The notes under the pieces: model-generated
Database searches by the model: none
What the model saw: only the letters and a program-made list of their open reading frames with translations
What the model was told of the DNA's origin: nothing
Part shown: positions 27,094 through 39,506 of the stretch, piece by piece
Layout: each line of letters begins with the position of its first letter
How positions within the stretch are numbered: position 1 is the first letter of the stretch
Made by a program: the position numbers and the translations under genes
Assembly: GCF_964204645.1 (NCBI RefSeq)
Contig: NC_134027.1
Location: 21,476,560 to 21,540,559 of the forward strand
Source: Tubulanus polymorphus
Taxonomy: Eukaryota > Animalia > Nemertea
DNA length: 64,000 nt
Direction: 5' to 3'

Positions 27094-28851
27094 ACGTAAC
27101 AAGAATCGAAGATGTGAGTCGTCGATGAAAAAAGTCGGTTCCATAAAAAATAATTTCGTTACATGCGCATACGAATATATATATATATACAAATACTAGA
27201 AATACGAATTCAAAACCGTTGATCGCAATAATATTAAAAAAAGACAGATTACGCGCATATCAAAATCGTTTAACTGAATACTATGAAATGTAACTGAATA
27301 AAGGTCATTGCGGAAATAAAGTGTTTGATTTGATTATTCATGTTGGAGCGGGAAGATTCACTAGAGACCAGAGCCCTATCTACTGTAGACCTAAAAGCTA
27401 TATTATCTTACCACAGCGGATTGACAAACAAGTGTAGAAGGAGAAATAGACTATTTCGGAGTGACTGTTTTTAGATGTTGGAAAAGTAGCCGATATCGTA
27501 AATTAATAATAATAATAATAATAGTAATAATAATAATAATATTTTATTTCCACCCACAAGAAACTGTAACAAATTTTATATGTATAAAGGATGTTCCAAT
27601 ATCAGTGGTAGGTGCTCATTTAAAGCAAGGTTGCTTGTCGGGTATGAGACACCTATCCCTCACACGCATTCAAAACACATACTCATCAAGCATGCATGCT
27701 TTCATACATTCAAATTTACAAAACTACGAATTACTTATTGTTCACGAGTGACTACTTAGTAAAAGTAGACGTTTGAGCTGAAAAGTGCGATAGATATGTT
27801 GTAAAAGTGATGTTTAAAAGTGTCAAAGGTGTAAAAGTGATATATAGGTCTCAATGTGCTCCGTCGAATAAACAGGCAAATTTGACTTTCCATTTCTAGA
27901 TACCAGCCATTTGCAAATCAATTCATATGCGAGTTTTTCTCGTATATGGTTTGATAGATGACGTTTGACACAGGATATGAATAAAATAAGCAGATTTAGA
28001 TAGTTTGACAGATGGGGATAAAGACACAACGTATGAAATCAATTTTTTAGGAATAGAATTATGTAAAATGATGTCTGGTGTCTGAGGCCACACAAAAAAC
28101 TTCCGAGTCTGATGCTTTTTGAACGTTTTTTCTTCATAGAATAAAACCACCATTGTCGACCCACTCCATCAAGCCTCCAGAAAAAATGATATCGTCAAAA
28201 ATTATTTCATCGACTAATCGATCTTGTCACGTGCATCCGTCGCGGGCCCAGTCGTGGCTAGACGTATGACCACTAACTAATGCATCTTAGTTCCTATATC
28301 CATCTACTTCATCGGTCGTAAAAAATTCTGTTGTTCTGTTTAATCGATATTGGGACTTCTTGCTGTGGTAATCGATTAATATAGAAAAAGACGCATCGGC
28401 CTACTACCCACTTTTCGAATAAATTGCGAAATTAGTCTTTTTCTAAAATATTTGAAAAAATATTTCACCCACAAACTCCATTTTCAAATTGTCCCAGCTG
28501 CAAAACAAAGACTTTTTCGTGTGGCATTTTTTCGTTATTATGGAAATGAGTAAAGCATTATAAATCGCATGAATTATCTTCATTTTTACGGTTTTAGACG
28601 ACATATAACACTGACAATAGACACTGCCTGTGCAGTTCATTTATTTGACGGCAGAAGCGGATCGTGCAACATTGCAGTAAGTGAATATCAATCAAGCTTT
28701 ACGTATATTTCGTATTTCATCTAAAAACTATTTCCCAGTAAGATTGATAACAACTTTTCATTGCGAAATATGACATAATTGCAATTCTAGCTAATTTAAC
28801 TAACTCATTAGTGCACACATTGGTGCACACATAAAATAGTCGTGATTGCAT

Positions 28852-29338
28852 GGGGACGATTCGGCCCGGGTCAAACTGGCGCGGCCCAGCTACGCGTCAT
28901 CCCGGGCGCATCATGGTACCCGGTTGATGTCAGAGCGCGTTCTACCATAAATCTCCCACTAATTACTAATGATATCAAAATGCGATGCTGTGGCAAGCGT
29001 TTCCGGGACCAGTAGCGTGTTCAAGAGTAGGAATAATCTTATACGGTAAAAAACTTCGGTCATTTCTACGCGAATACAACGCCTCGCAAACCCAGCCAAT
29101 CATGATCGATTCCTACATAGAGCCGGGTTCTTACTATTCGTAGAAGTCTCTACACGAAATAGAAACGGTAAATACGGGCACTCGATTGGTCGAGGACGAT
29201 TGACCTGGTTCTGACGAGTTCTGAAACATGCCTAGTCCAAATGTTTTGTCAGGCCGAATTTGGCACGTGTCAACTAGGCACTATCTCATTTGGCACCAGT
29301 GTGAGCTAGCCAAATTTGACCCGTCTGAAAATGCTCCC
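28852..29338. mobile_element. MITE-like insertion in the ShK-like gene 2 promoter
   Basis: Absent from the gene 1 promoter; imperfect TIRs GGGGACGATTCGGCCCGGGTCAAACTGGC / GCCAAATTTGACCCGTCTGAAAATGCTCCC. Confidence 0.7.
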
Positions 29339-29449
29339 TGCCTGCGACTCAATTAGAGATTGCATACGAAAGTGACCTAAACGTGAGTTTTTAGTTGATA
29401 GTATTTAGGAATGGTTCGCGTGCAATACATTTTTGTATGAAATTTCAGA

Positions 29450-30293
29450 ATGGCTTCGCTTACAGTAGTTGTTCTGTTGGTAACGTTAGCGCTCGTGTGT
29501 GCTGAACAATGTAAGTGTATTTAGATAGAATGGCCGATTTCTTTTCGTAAATCAAATTTTTCTTCGATGTCATCGTCATCGACACCTACAGTGATGTTTG
29601 TTTGACTTTTCAAGCATTCATGGAAGATGAGAGGCGTGGTGTATTAGTGAAACGTAAGTCTGTCAAATTCAGTTAAATAAATTCTCTCTGTCTGTAAGTT
29701 TATAGAACATTTTTTACTCAAAGAAATCATCCATATTAAAAATCTACAAATTTGATATTCGTCCTCTCGAAGATTGCATCTTTTCGGGTAGGTTTATTGG
29801 AAACATTTATTAACGCCTGCTTTACTCAAGAAATGTCGTTCATTTTCTTTCGATCCCCAGCCTTCCAAATTTTCCAGACCCAATCCTGTATTATGGAAAC
29901 CGTTAGAAAATAAAAATGATCAAAAACCTCGTCTGGACCGATTTGCAGAGATCTGAGTTTGATATAAAATTGAGTTTGATATAAAGTTGAGTTTGAAATA
30001 GATAACTCCCTGTGATTTAACGCTACGGTCAAATTCCAACCGAAATATCACTGGGTCTTGTAGGTTCTAATGCTTCTGCATTCTTGAACATATCTACACC
30101 TTCAAAAAAAAAACACACGATATTTTTTATGTAAATTTTCTTTTTCAGATGTTATCTACGGGTTCTTATCTACAATTTTTCTATCGTAGGTTCCTGTGAA
30201 AATGACGCAGGAAATAAGGAGTGTTCTAAATTGAGCTGCAGGAGAAAAAGAAACAGACTTTTCTTGTGCAGAAAAAAATGCGACATGTGTTAA
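29450..30293 (+). CDS. ShK-fold toxin-like prepropeptide 2, 67 aa; exons 29450-29510, 29615-29653, 30190-30293
   Basis: Same exon sizes as gene 1 (61/39/104 nt); MASLTVVVLLVTLALVCAEQSFMEDERRGVLVKR / SCENDAGNKECSKLSCRRKRNRLFLCRKKCDMC; AATAAA near 30593 and 30610. Confidence 0.92.
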
Positions 30294-30668
30294 ACGTAAC
30301 AAGCGTGAAAAAAAAATCAGTTTCAATGACAAAAATTTTCGTTACATGATCAAAAGAGTATATTGAAAAGCGGTACAGGGCCGGTAACCAATAAGTATAA
30401 CATCTACAAGTAAATGATAATTATTCGATACTAAATCGGGATAGAAATTATTCAAACTCTGAAAATGTATAAAAGTCACAATATCATGGAACAGATACTA
30501 GAAATACGAATTCGGAACCGTTAGATCTCGATCACATAAAATCAGACCACGTCAAAATCAATATTGTACGGAACGCCTTTGAAATTAAACTGAATAAAGT
30601 TAGTTGCGGAAATAAAGCGTTTGATCTGATTATTCATGTTGGAGCGGGAGGACTCACGAGAGACCAGC

Positions 30669-30804
30669 TGCCGGTTGCATATGACGCAGACCTAAGATCA
30701 GTCTAATACCAACATAGTTCTATAGCCAATTGAACGACTAATGACCAGTCTTAAGATTGTAAGACCACTTTTGAACTGAAGTCACGTCCGTGCAACTGGC
30801 CCCA
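30669..30804. mobile_element. Harbinger-like MITE (copy near 39984-40119; related to 63695-63804)
   Basis: TIRs GCCGGTTGCA...TGCAACTGGC; internal TAAGAC repeats. Confidence 0.6.
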
Positions 30805-31712
30805 GGGGCATGGCCTCAACTTAAGACCAGTCTAAGACCGTCTTAGATCTAAAGCCAATCTATCAACTTAAGACTAGTCTTAATATTCAATACCACTTTA
30901 AAACTTGAGTATCGAATGAATTCGGGCTCGCTACTTAAGACTTAAAATTAAGAGTTACATCTTACTACAGCGGATACGCAAGCAACTACAGTAGACTCGG
31001 CCCTTACAGTACCGGTCGACTTGCATAACCCTTTGCATTCCTATACTAATTTCACTCTCATTCGGTAACGCCCTGCTCGGCACACCGCCTTTACTCGTTG
31101 GATTTTATGTTCAAATTCATCCTCTGCTCCGGCTAACTCGGTAAATTCGAAGACGACCTTGCGTCGATAGAAATGGAGTTAGGTGCTAGGTAACTGTGAG
31201 TATACTAGGATATTAGAATCACCGTTTTCCCTGCGACCCAATGCATTGCGACCGTATTCAGTACACGTTTACAAGAGGTGTTCTTATCGAATGAACTCTT
31301 AACAATAAGACACGCTGTAAATGAAGATTGACTCTGAAATGAAGATTTTTCTCTGTCCAATAGATCGAGAATTTAATTCGGTTAGGCCTATGTATATAAC
31401 AAGAACATGCACAAATAAGAAAATGCGCCCTTCAACTAAACGTAGAATCATCCTGGCTAGACGCGTCATTTAAAATCTTTGGGGATTTGTTGATAAAACC
31501 GGAGTTGATAAAACCAGAAACAAAAAGGAACAGGATTTCTTCATGCTGGGAGATTTATCTGCAAGCGACACCACAGCCAAAAAATAAGAAATACTATATG
31601 CCGGTAGCTTAAATGAAACTTTTCGTAAAAATATTGAATAAACTAGTTGATTTAACGGTATGAACGAGTAGTTTACTATTCAGATTTTGAAACAACATTT
31701 AGACACTCGCCA

Positions 31713-31849
31713 TTATTCTGTGCAACATGTTGTTATTGGCGGGTTGTAGCTAGCGCATTTCTTGAATCTATTCGCACAACCGACGATGTAGAAACTCGTT
31801 CCGGTCAGATTATCTATACCTCTTGCCCGTTGGGCCGTCGGAATCGCAT
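31713..31849 (-). pseudogene. Nav-toxin paralog pseudogene (5'-truncated, +1 frameshift)
   Basis: [44 protein letters not shown], colinear with the intact toxin. Confidence 0.88.
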
Positions 31850-33547
31850 GACCCTATAGACGGGGAGGGTGCAAATGGTGAGAATTTAGACTCAATTAGA
31901 AAATATAGATAATCCCACACGGAAAGATGAAGTTCAAAAACGACTGGTTACGAGATACATGAGTTAAGAATTTAGGCACAATTTTTCAAACGAATACCGC
32001 ACCCTGACCGGGTCTCGCAAGGGAACGAGGAATTGCGGTACAGACATGTGCTGACTCGTACAGACTCGTATAGAAGTGAGAACCGTAGTGACATTCCGGC
32101 AGGTTCGATATTTTTGATTTGCCCCAGCGATCAATCTGATCGGTGCCGCAAGTTTTCGCGCGGTAAACCAGCGCATGTACCTGCGCACCCGGTCAAGTGT
32201 GGCAGGGTTTCGCGCCGTGGTTGAGTGTAGCGATGCTATGGGGTTCGAATCCCTGCCGAGGGAGGATGGGCGGTACTGACCGGTAACCAATAAGTACATC
32301 TACAAGTAGATGATAATTCGATATTAAATCGGGACAAAAAGAATTATTCCAGCTCTAAAAATTTATAGAAATCGCAACACCGTGGAACAAATACTAGAAA
32401 TACGAATTCAAAACCGTATACTAGATCTCGATCATATAAAAAACAGACTACGCGCATAGCAATATTGTATAACTGAATACCTTGTAATTTAACTGAATAA
32501 AGTTTGTTGCGTCAATATAGTGTTTGATTTGATTATTCATGTTGGAGCGGGAAGATTCACTAGAGACCAGAGCCCTATCTACTGTACACCTAAAAGCTAT
32601 ATCTTACCACAGCGGATTCACAAACAAGTGTAGAAGTATAAATATACTTTTTTGGAGTGTTTTTAGATGTATACTACTGGAAAAGATTGTTCTCAAATGG
32701 ATACTAAGTAAAAGTAGACGTTTGAGCTCGAAAGTGCGATTAGACTTGTTCTTGGATTTAGCCTTTCGAATAATGTTTATCAGGGTATCCGTTGACCCCA
32801 ATCTCCATGTTCGGCATGCTATTGTATTTCCAAAAGGTGACCTCCAGGTATTTCCTTTTTAGTTCTCAATACAAATATGAGCATATTATTTGAAAATAAG
32901 ATAACGCTACAAAATACAGCTGAAAAGCAGCGATAACGGGTTTTCTGTCTTGTTAGTCTAAAAATCGTAGGAAACGTTTTCATGATTATGTCGAAATCAG
33001 TCTCATCACTTCGTGATATGGCTACTTTGAACTATGCTATGCTTCGCACTGAACGCTGTAGCGGGTTACATAGATTTATCTATCCGTCGATTAAGGCATT
33101 AGTTTTGACTTGGACCCGTTGACCGCCTGGATTAAATCATTGACCCCAAACAGATACATGACGTGGAAAGTGTATTGTGTCCTCTGTTATCATATTGGTA
33201 TTAATGGGTATATGTTAGTCCATAAATATGATTTTATATTTCATTTCATCACTTTAAGTCAGAAGTCAAATTTCATCACTTTCAGCCTACAATCTTCCTC
33301 TCCTCCCCGCATAATCGGTCAGCGCATAAAGCCAATATGTTCTATTTAAAGATCAGACTGCCGAAGATATCAACCAATGAACTAAGTTCGAAAAGAAGAA
33401 AGTGAATCAAACTCGAAATAAAAATTCATTTGCGACTACGACATATACGAGACAGTAAAAACTAATTAATTTGATGATATGAACGAGTATAATTTATTCT
33501 TCAGATTATCAAACAACTCTATATCATTATTAAATCATTACTCGTCA

Positions 33548-34238
33548 TTATTCTTTGCAACATGTTGTTACTGCATTGGTGTAGCTGGCGCATTTCTTGA
33601 ATCCACTGTGACAGCCGACGAAGAAGAAACTTGTTCCGCTCAGATTATTACCTCTTGCTCGTGGACCGTCGGAATCGCATCGACACGCGACTCCTCGTCT
33701 GAATCGTCCATGTTCTTCTGAATAGCGAAAAATAGTGAGCGAAATTATATTGCTGCTGGAGCAAATGGAAGCACCCAAAAACGTATCTAACTGCGCTCGC
33801 CGGATGAATATTTGTGCTTATTTTATTGCACACACCGATTTGGCATTCATACTTCAAAGATTTTCAACTTTGAAACTACTTCATTTACAAATGATAGGCG
33901 AAATAAAATAGTATTCTAAGTACGAACCGTTATAAGTATTGTATGAATTCGTATAAATCTAAGTATATCTGAAAACCTCCTCGCGGTCGTAAAAGGCCGC
34001 GATTGAACATGAGGCAGTGAATGATATGATATTTCTAAAATGCTTACCTTCCGACGCCACTCCGGCAATTACTAATGCGACCGCGATAGCGAAAATGAAT
34101 ACCTGCAACAAATTTTAAAAAAACATATCTATAGCTACGTATTGTCTATTTGCTTGTATTGACTATATACTAAGAGTTAGCTATGTTCATCTATTTGCTA
34201 TCGATTTCTCATCGATAACAGTTCGTACGTACCTTCAT
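33548..34238 (-). CDS. Sea-anemone-type sodium-channel toxin (ATX-II/anthopleurin/Nv1 family) prepropeptide, 76 aa; exons 34238-34233, 34102-34048, 33717-33548
   Basis: GT-AG introns (phase 0, phase 1); [28 protein letters not shown] / [48 protein letters not shown]; CxC-DSDGP-xxRG-N-xLSG signature, 6 Cys ending in CC; furin site RFRR; AATAAA at 33498-33493. Confidence 0.93.
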
Positions 34239-34306
34239 GTTCAACGAGTTTCAAAGCTTCTGTGACTTTGCTTCTAGAATTATGTACAACCGGAATAAAT
34301 CGGGTA

Positions 34307-34313
34307 TTTTATA
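34307..34313 (-). promoter_or_regulatory. TATA box of the Nav-toxin gene (copy near 43622-43628)
   Basis: TATAAAA about 70 bp upstream of the ATG. Confidence 0.6.
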
Positions 34314-35331
34314 CAGAATAAGTTTAATCTCTGGGCATTTGTGTCAGCTTGCCGGATTAGTTTCAGTCAGGCCAATTTGAAATTCGAATCTGAATCTTCC
34401 AATCTATCTGACCGCCATGACCTCCTCAACGCAACATTTTCGAGTGTAGCTTTCAATTCCATGATCATATAAATATAATACATGTATGCTTTTTTATAAT
34501 GAAATACATCATATCATTGAAAAAAAAAAAGATTTGTGTGTAAATCAAAACATTAGGTTTACCCGTTGATTTTGAATTGATGGATTATGTTTTAATTTGA
34601 AATCCATTTATTTCAAACATAACCGCAGTAAAATTGCTCATTTGTCGACTATCTTGCCGCAAATAGCCAGTTTAATACAAATGGGAAATCAATCAATCAG
34701 TTTTATCAGTTATCGTACAGTAAGGTAGGCGAAGTTTGATTTCAATAGATTCGTGCTGCACGTTTGAAATCTCACGATTTTTCATCGCGATACATTTTTT
34801 GTTATGAATTTGAGGTAGAGTGGTAGGGTGTATATATATTTCAAATTAGAAACTCTGCAAGGAAGAGTGTCGAAGTATAATACAATGGAGAACCGTCCAG
34901 TCATTCCTTCTTCAGATTTCGTTGACAAACTAGGGTCCAGAGACACCAGGCCCTCTTGGTTATTCGGAAATAATCGCTCGACATTCAGATGAGTACACCA
35001 TCCCCGGTGAAAAATGGCAAAAAAACAATGACAGTGAAATCCAGCACAATCAGAGGACATGTCAAAAGCTCTTGCAAATGAATATGGTTACAAAATATAG
35101 GTAGGTCCCATTATAATGGGGTACCGCACTCACCAGGTGGCGTAACAATACACTCGTAAAATTCATGTATACATATCTGTTATCTCTATTATTATTCTAT
35201 TCAATGTGTATCTCTGTTTTCTTGTTTTTAAGTTTTGTAGATTATAAATTTAATTATACAAATTCTTGTAACCTCTATGTACTAATGTTTGGTTACACCG
35301 AAATAAATAAACCTAAACGTAAAACTATATC

Positions 35332-35403
35332 GGCTCGTTGGTCTAGAGGTATGATTCTCGCTTCGGGTGCGAGAGGTCCCGGGTTCGATTCCCGGACGAG
35401 CCC
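35332..35403 (+). tRNA. tRNA-Pro(CGG)
   Basis: GGCTCG acceptor paired with CGAGCC; anticodon arm CTCGC-TT-CGG-GT-GCGAG; T-loop GGTTCGATTCC; TTTT terminator downstream. Confidence 0.96.
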
Positions 35404-37589
35404 CGCGCATTTTATACGCATTGAAAATAAATTCATTTTCGATGAACTTTGAACTAGACTTTTAGGCTCATAAATGGAAACGTAGTCAAACAAGTCTTCG
35501 GATAGATATGAAACGTGTATATGGTATAGTTTTACTGGTTGATTTTACTAATGAGAAAAGTTGATCCGAATTTAATTGAAATGAAGAGATTGAAGTGCGG
35601 TAACCGAGTAACCACAGCGAACCTCGTGAATCTTCGCCTGTCATACGTGGAATCCTGGATTGCCACAGTATAGGTGCGGGTACCCCATTGGATTTGCTAT
35701 ATGATTTGACCATTCAACGCCCCCTGGTGAATGTATGCACACAGTCATCCGATGATCTTGAAGATCATATACAATCATACGTGATTGCAAAATAAGCAGA
35801 TACCAATACTATATAAATTGAATAATTTTAACACCTAAATCAGCAGTGGTCGTCAGAAAAAAACACTGGTTGAAAACCAATTTTATGTGACTAGATAGTG
35901 TTCGTAATTATCACTGTAAGTTAGAATTTCCACATATGGGCGAATATGACCACCGCTGTTGGACTAAATATAAGCTAAAACCTAGGTTATTATTTTCCTG
36001 AAAGAAAGAAGTATTCTCCAGATCTATATCGTCATAATGGATGACACGAGACACTTTACACGTCACGTATAAAATCATCTGTTCGCGGTCGATGATTTAA
36101 TGCAGGCGGTCAACAGTTCAAAACTAATGCGCTGCGACCAGACGGATTGAGAGTTAAACCTAGGTAACCCGCTACAGAGTTCACCTAACGTACGGTACTT
36201 TCACCCTGTGACAACAAACACCTCGTAATTTAGGCCTATACGTGAACTGATATATTTAAGTCCCCAAAATGCTTTGGATGTGGTTCTTCTGTCTTTCACC
36301 GGGATGAAGGAATCAATAGATATCCGACGCGACAAACTGTTTATAATCGTGAATTTCACCTCGTCGCGCGAGGCTCTGGAAGCAGCGTTCGTCGACTAGA
36401 ATATTCGCCGATATCAGTACGTTCATCAGATGTTGCATTTTCTTCAAATATTCTGATTGCCGAGAACTTTAGACCAATATCCAAGTGGCCATTTATCCCT
36501 GAGCCCTAGTTCATTACAAAAGTGAAAATAGATTGTTCTCAGACATATTCATAGCCCACTCGGGACAAATCCAGCGGGTTATTTGTGCCATTTGTCCGTT
36601 TGTTTGTCTGTCCGGAATCCAGTAACTTCGGGAATACAAAAGCATGCCGAATAAGGAAGGAGATTGAGGTCAACGGACACCCTGATAAACATTACTCGAA
36701 AGGCTAAATCTAAGAACATGTCTATCGCACTTTCGAGCTCAAACGTCTATTTTTACTTAGTACCCATTTGAGAACAATGATATCTTTTCCAGTAGTATAC
36801 ATCTAAAAACACTCTAAAAAGTATATCTATACTTCTACACTTTTTTGTGAATCCGCTGTGGTAAGATATAGCTTTTAGGTCTACAGTAGATAGGGCTCTG
36901 GTCTCTAGTGAATCTTCCCGCTCCAGCATGAATAATCAAATCAAACACTATATTGACGCAACAAACTTTATTCAGTTAAATTACAAAGTATTCAGTTATA
37001 CAATATTGATATGCGCGTAGTCTGTCTTTATGTGATTGAGATCTAGTATACGGTTTTGAATTCGTATTTCTAGTATTTGTTCCACGGTGTTGCGATTCTT
37101 ATAAATTTTTAGAGCTTGAATAATTTTTTTGTCCCAATTTACTATCGAATTATCATCTACTTGTAGATGTACTTATTGGTTACCGGTCAGTACCACCCAT
37201 CCTCCCTCGGCAGGGATTCGAACCTCATAGCATCGCTACACTCAGCCACGGCACGAAACCCTGCCACACTTGACCGGGCGCGCAGGTACATGCGCTGGTT
37301 TACCGCGCGAAAACTTGCGGCACCGATCAGATTGATCGCAGGGGCAAATCAAAAATATCGAACCTGCCAGAATGTCACAACGGTTCTTACTTCTATACGA
37401 GTCTATACGAGTCAGCAAATGTATGTACCGCAATTCCTCGTTCCCTTGCGAGACCCGGTCAGGGTGCGGTATTCGTTTGAAAAGTTGTGCCTAAATTCTT
37501 AACTAAATGTATCTTTCCGTGTGGGATTATCTATATTTTCTAACTAAGTCTAAATTCTCACCATTTCCCCCTCCCCGTCTATAGGGTCA

Positions 37590-37695
37590 TGCGATTCCGA
37601 CGGCCCAACGGGCAAGAGGTATAGATAATCTGACCGGAACAAGTTTCTACATCGTCGGTTGTAAGAATAGATTCAAGAAATGCGCTAGCTACAAC
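37590..37695 (+). pseudogene. Nav-toxin paralog pseudogene, inverted copy cut by LTR insertion
   Basis: [35 protein letters not shown] followed directly by the LTR. Confidence 0.85.
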
Positions 37696-39471
37696 TATTG
37701 GGGTGATAAATTAGTAGTTTGCATAGAGGGAGGGAAGCCAGAGTTCAGGGCAGTGGCTGAAGTTAGTAAACAACCTACGTAGATGCTTACGTCGCACACA
37801 AGACACTGAATAGAAGATAGGTGAAAGTGACGTGAGTATCTGCGTAGAGTTGCTGGTTATAGCGGCAGCCTTGAGCTCTGGTATGGCTAGGAAGTAAACA
37901 AGTATAATAAACTCGTGACGTATAACATATGTAGAAGTATACGTCACGAGTAACATGAAATAAGATAAAAAGGGAGGGTCAGCACAGTAAGGGGGAGAGA
38001 GATGCTAGAGTGGCGGAGAAGCCTAAAAATACGAGCTGTAGGAAGGAATAAGAATTGTGCGGGAAAATAAAGAAAGAACGTAGACCCACGAGAAGAGTTG
38101 TTATTATTCCGGAGTCAGAGGGATATCACTTATCGGATTAATCGGAACCAACAACGACAACACGAGGGGAGAACGCAACGTGGCCCCCACAACATTGTTG
38201 GAGAACCGAAAGCAACCCCACAACATTGGTGGAGAACAGTGGTGTATCCTGCACCTCTCGCTGCCAAGCGATCGTGTATATTTGGTGAGTGAACAGGGGT
38301 GAAGTAAAAGTGTAAGATGAACGTTACATTCCGTAACCGTTATAATTACATGAAATACGGGCCGCTACCGCGGGTTAAGTTGAAATATTGCGGATAACTC
38401 GATCTGTGTATAAAAATCATTCCCGTCTGGATTTAATAGCTGTTTGTTTGTCTTATTCGAGAAATATGTAATCTTCATATCGTCAGATTCAGTTGAAATG
38501 AATTATAGAGCTTCCAGTGCGGAAAGTAGTTGTTTCTTTCCATATTTAAATTAATTGAATTATCCGATTTGGCGTGGCGTTTTCGTAAGATCGTGTTTTG
38601 GACACTACGTTTTACATGGCAGCAAATTGGATTCACTACTCCGAATTTAGATTCGTGTGAATTAACGGACATAATGGCGTTCGGAAACGAAGCGATTCTG
38701 CGATCGTAACGCGATAAATGAAATACAGTGGGGTATTAGAGGCATTATACAAACGCATTTCATCATCGGACAGTTCATAGATCTGCTACGGGAAATCGAC
38801 CTTGGAGACGTTCAACGGACTACGATTGCGGCTTATAGTAATTGTAAATAATATGATATGTATTTCTGCATGTTTTGATTGCTTTTGTAGAATGATACTC
38901 AGCGTTTTTAAGTTGCTTGAGTGCTGGGTTATTGTATCTACGTAGATATAAATATGCACTACGTAAATCTTTTATAGTTTGCTAAATTTGCTGGATGGTA
39001 TTTCGCGAAAGAATGATTTATTAGTCTAGGTGAGCCACTCGGTTATCAGTGTAACGATAGTTGAAAGCGCTCACTGCCTGTATATACCTAACAAATAACT
39101 GTGGTGTTTATGTGGTTTTAAGAAATATAATGAGTATCGCGAGTTAGTATAGAATATGTTTATTGTGCAAAGGTTAGATTGGGCGCTCAGTGGTGAATCT
39201 TACCGGAGGGGGTTTGAATAGAGTAGTTTATATGAGATGAATTAAGGTGGACCAGGGACCTGGATGAAGAGTAAGGGATGCTGTAGGGATGGTCCGGAAT
39301 AAAACGGGGGATTATAGCCCGAAGGATTAATTTTGAAGATCCTTTGAAACAGTATAATGTTTAGTGGCTAGCCTCTGGGAAATATTGGATATATATGTTG
39401 GACATTATTAGGGTCGAATATCAAGAAATACCAAATAGGTGATTCGTCGGCCGGTTCCCTATTTATCCATA
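37696..39471 (+). mobile_element. Partial copy of the non-autonomous LTR element (5' LTR 37696-38225 plus internal part), cut by the duplication junction
   Basis: Matches 47010-48785. Confidence 0.9.
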
Positions 39472-39506
39472 TCTACGGGTTCTTATCTACAATTTTTCTA
39501 TCGTAG

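Larger units (their letters stand above)
31438..37695. repeat. Inverted duplication (arms ~31438-32831 and ~36631-37695) bracketing the Nav-toxin gene and tRNA-Pro
   Basis: Arms are diverged reverse complements (paired ORFs 31964-32299 minus and 37167-37502 plus); in unit 2 the right arm resumes after the LTR element at 51013-51323. Confidence 0.9.

Noticed and set aside
32218-32255. GGTTCGAATCC B-box-like motif
   Set aside because: No cloverleaf and the A-box spacing is too short; at most a SINE relic
31964-32299. 111-aa ORF present four times (also 37167, 41279, 46481)
   Set aside because: No recognisable domain or signal peptide; recurrence is explained by the inverted and tandem duplications; it overlaps ShK 3' flank homology
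33548-33778. ORF-track 76-aa protein starting MGASICS
   Set aside because: Its N-terminal part is intron read-through from a non-ATG start; the spliced model with a signal peptide fits better
35165-35493. ORFs overlapping tRNA-Pro on both strands
   Set aside because: Incidental frames across an RNA gene
37711-37956. 81-aa ORF repeated at 47025 and 50498
   Set aside because: Antisense ORF inside the LTR, repeated only because the LTR is
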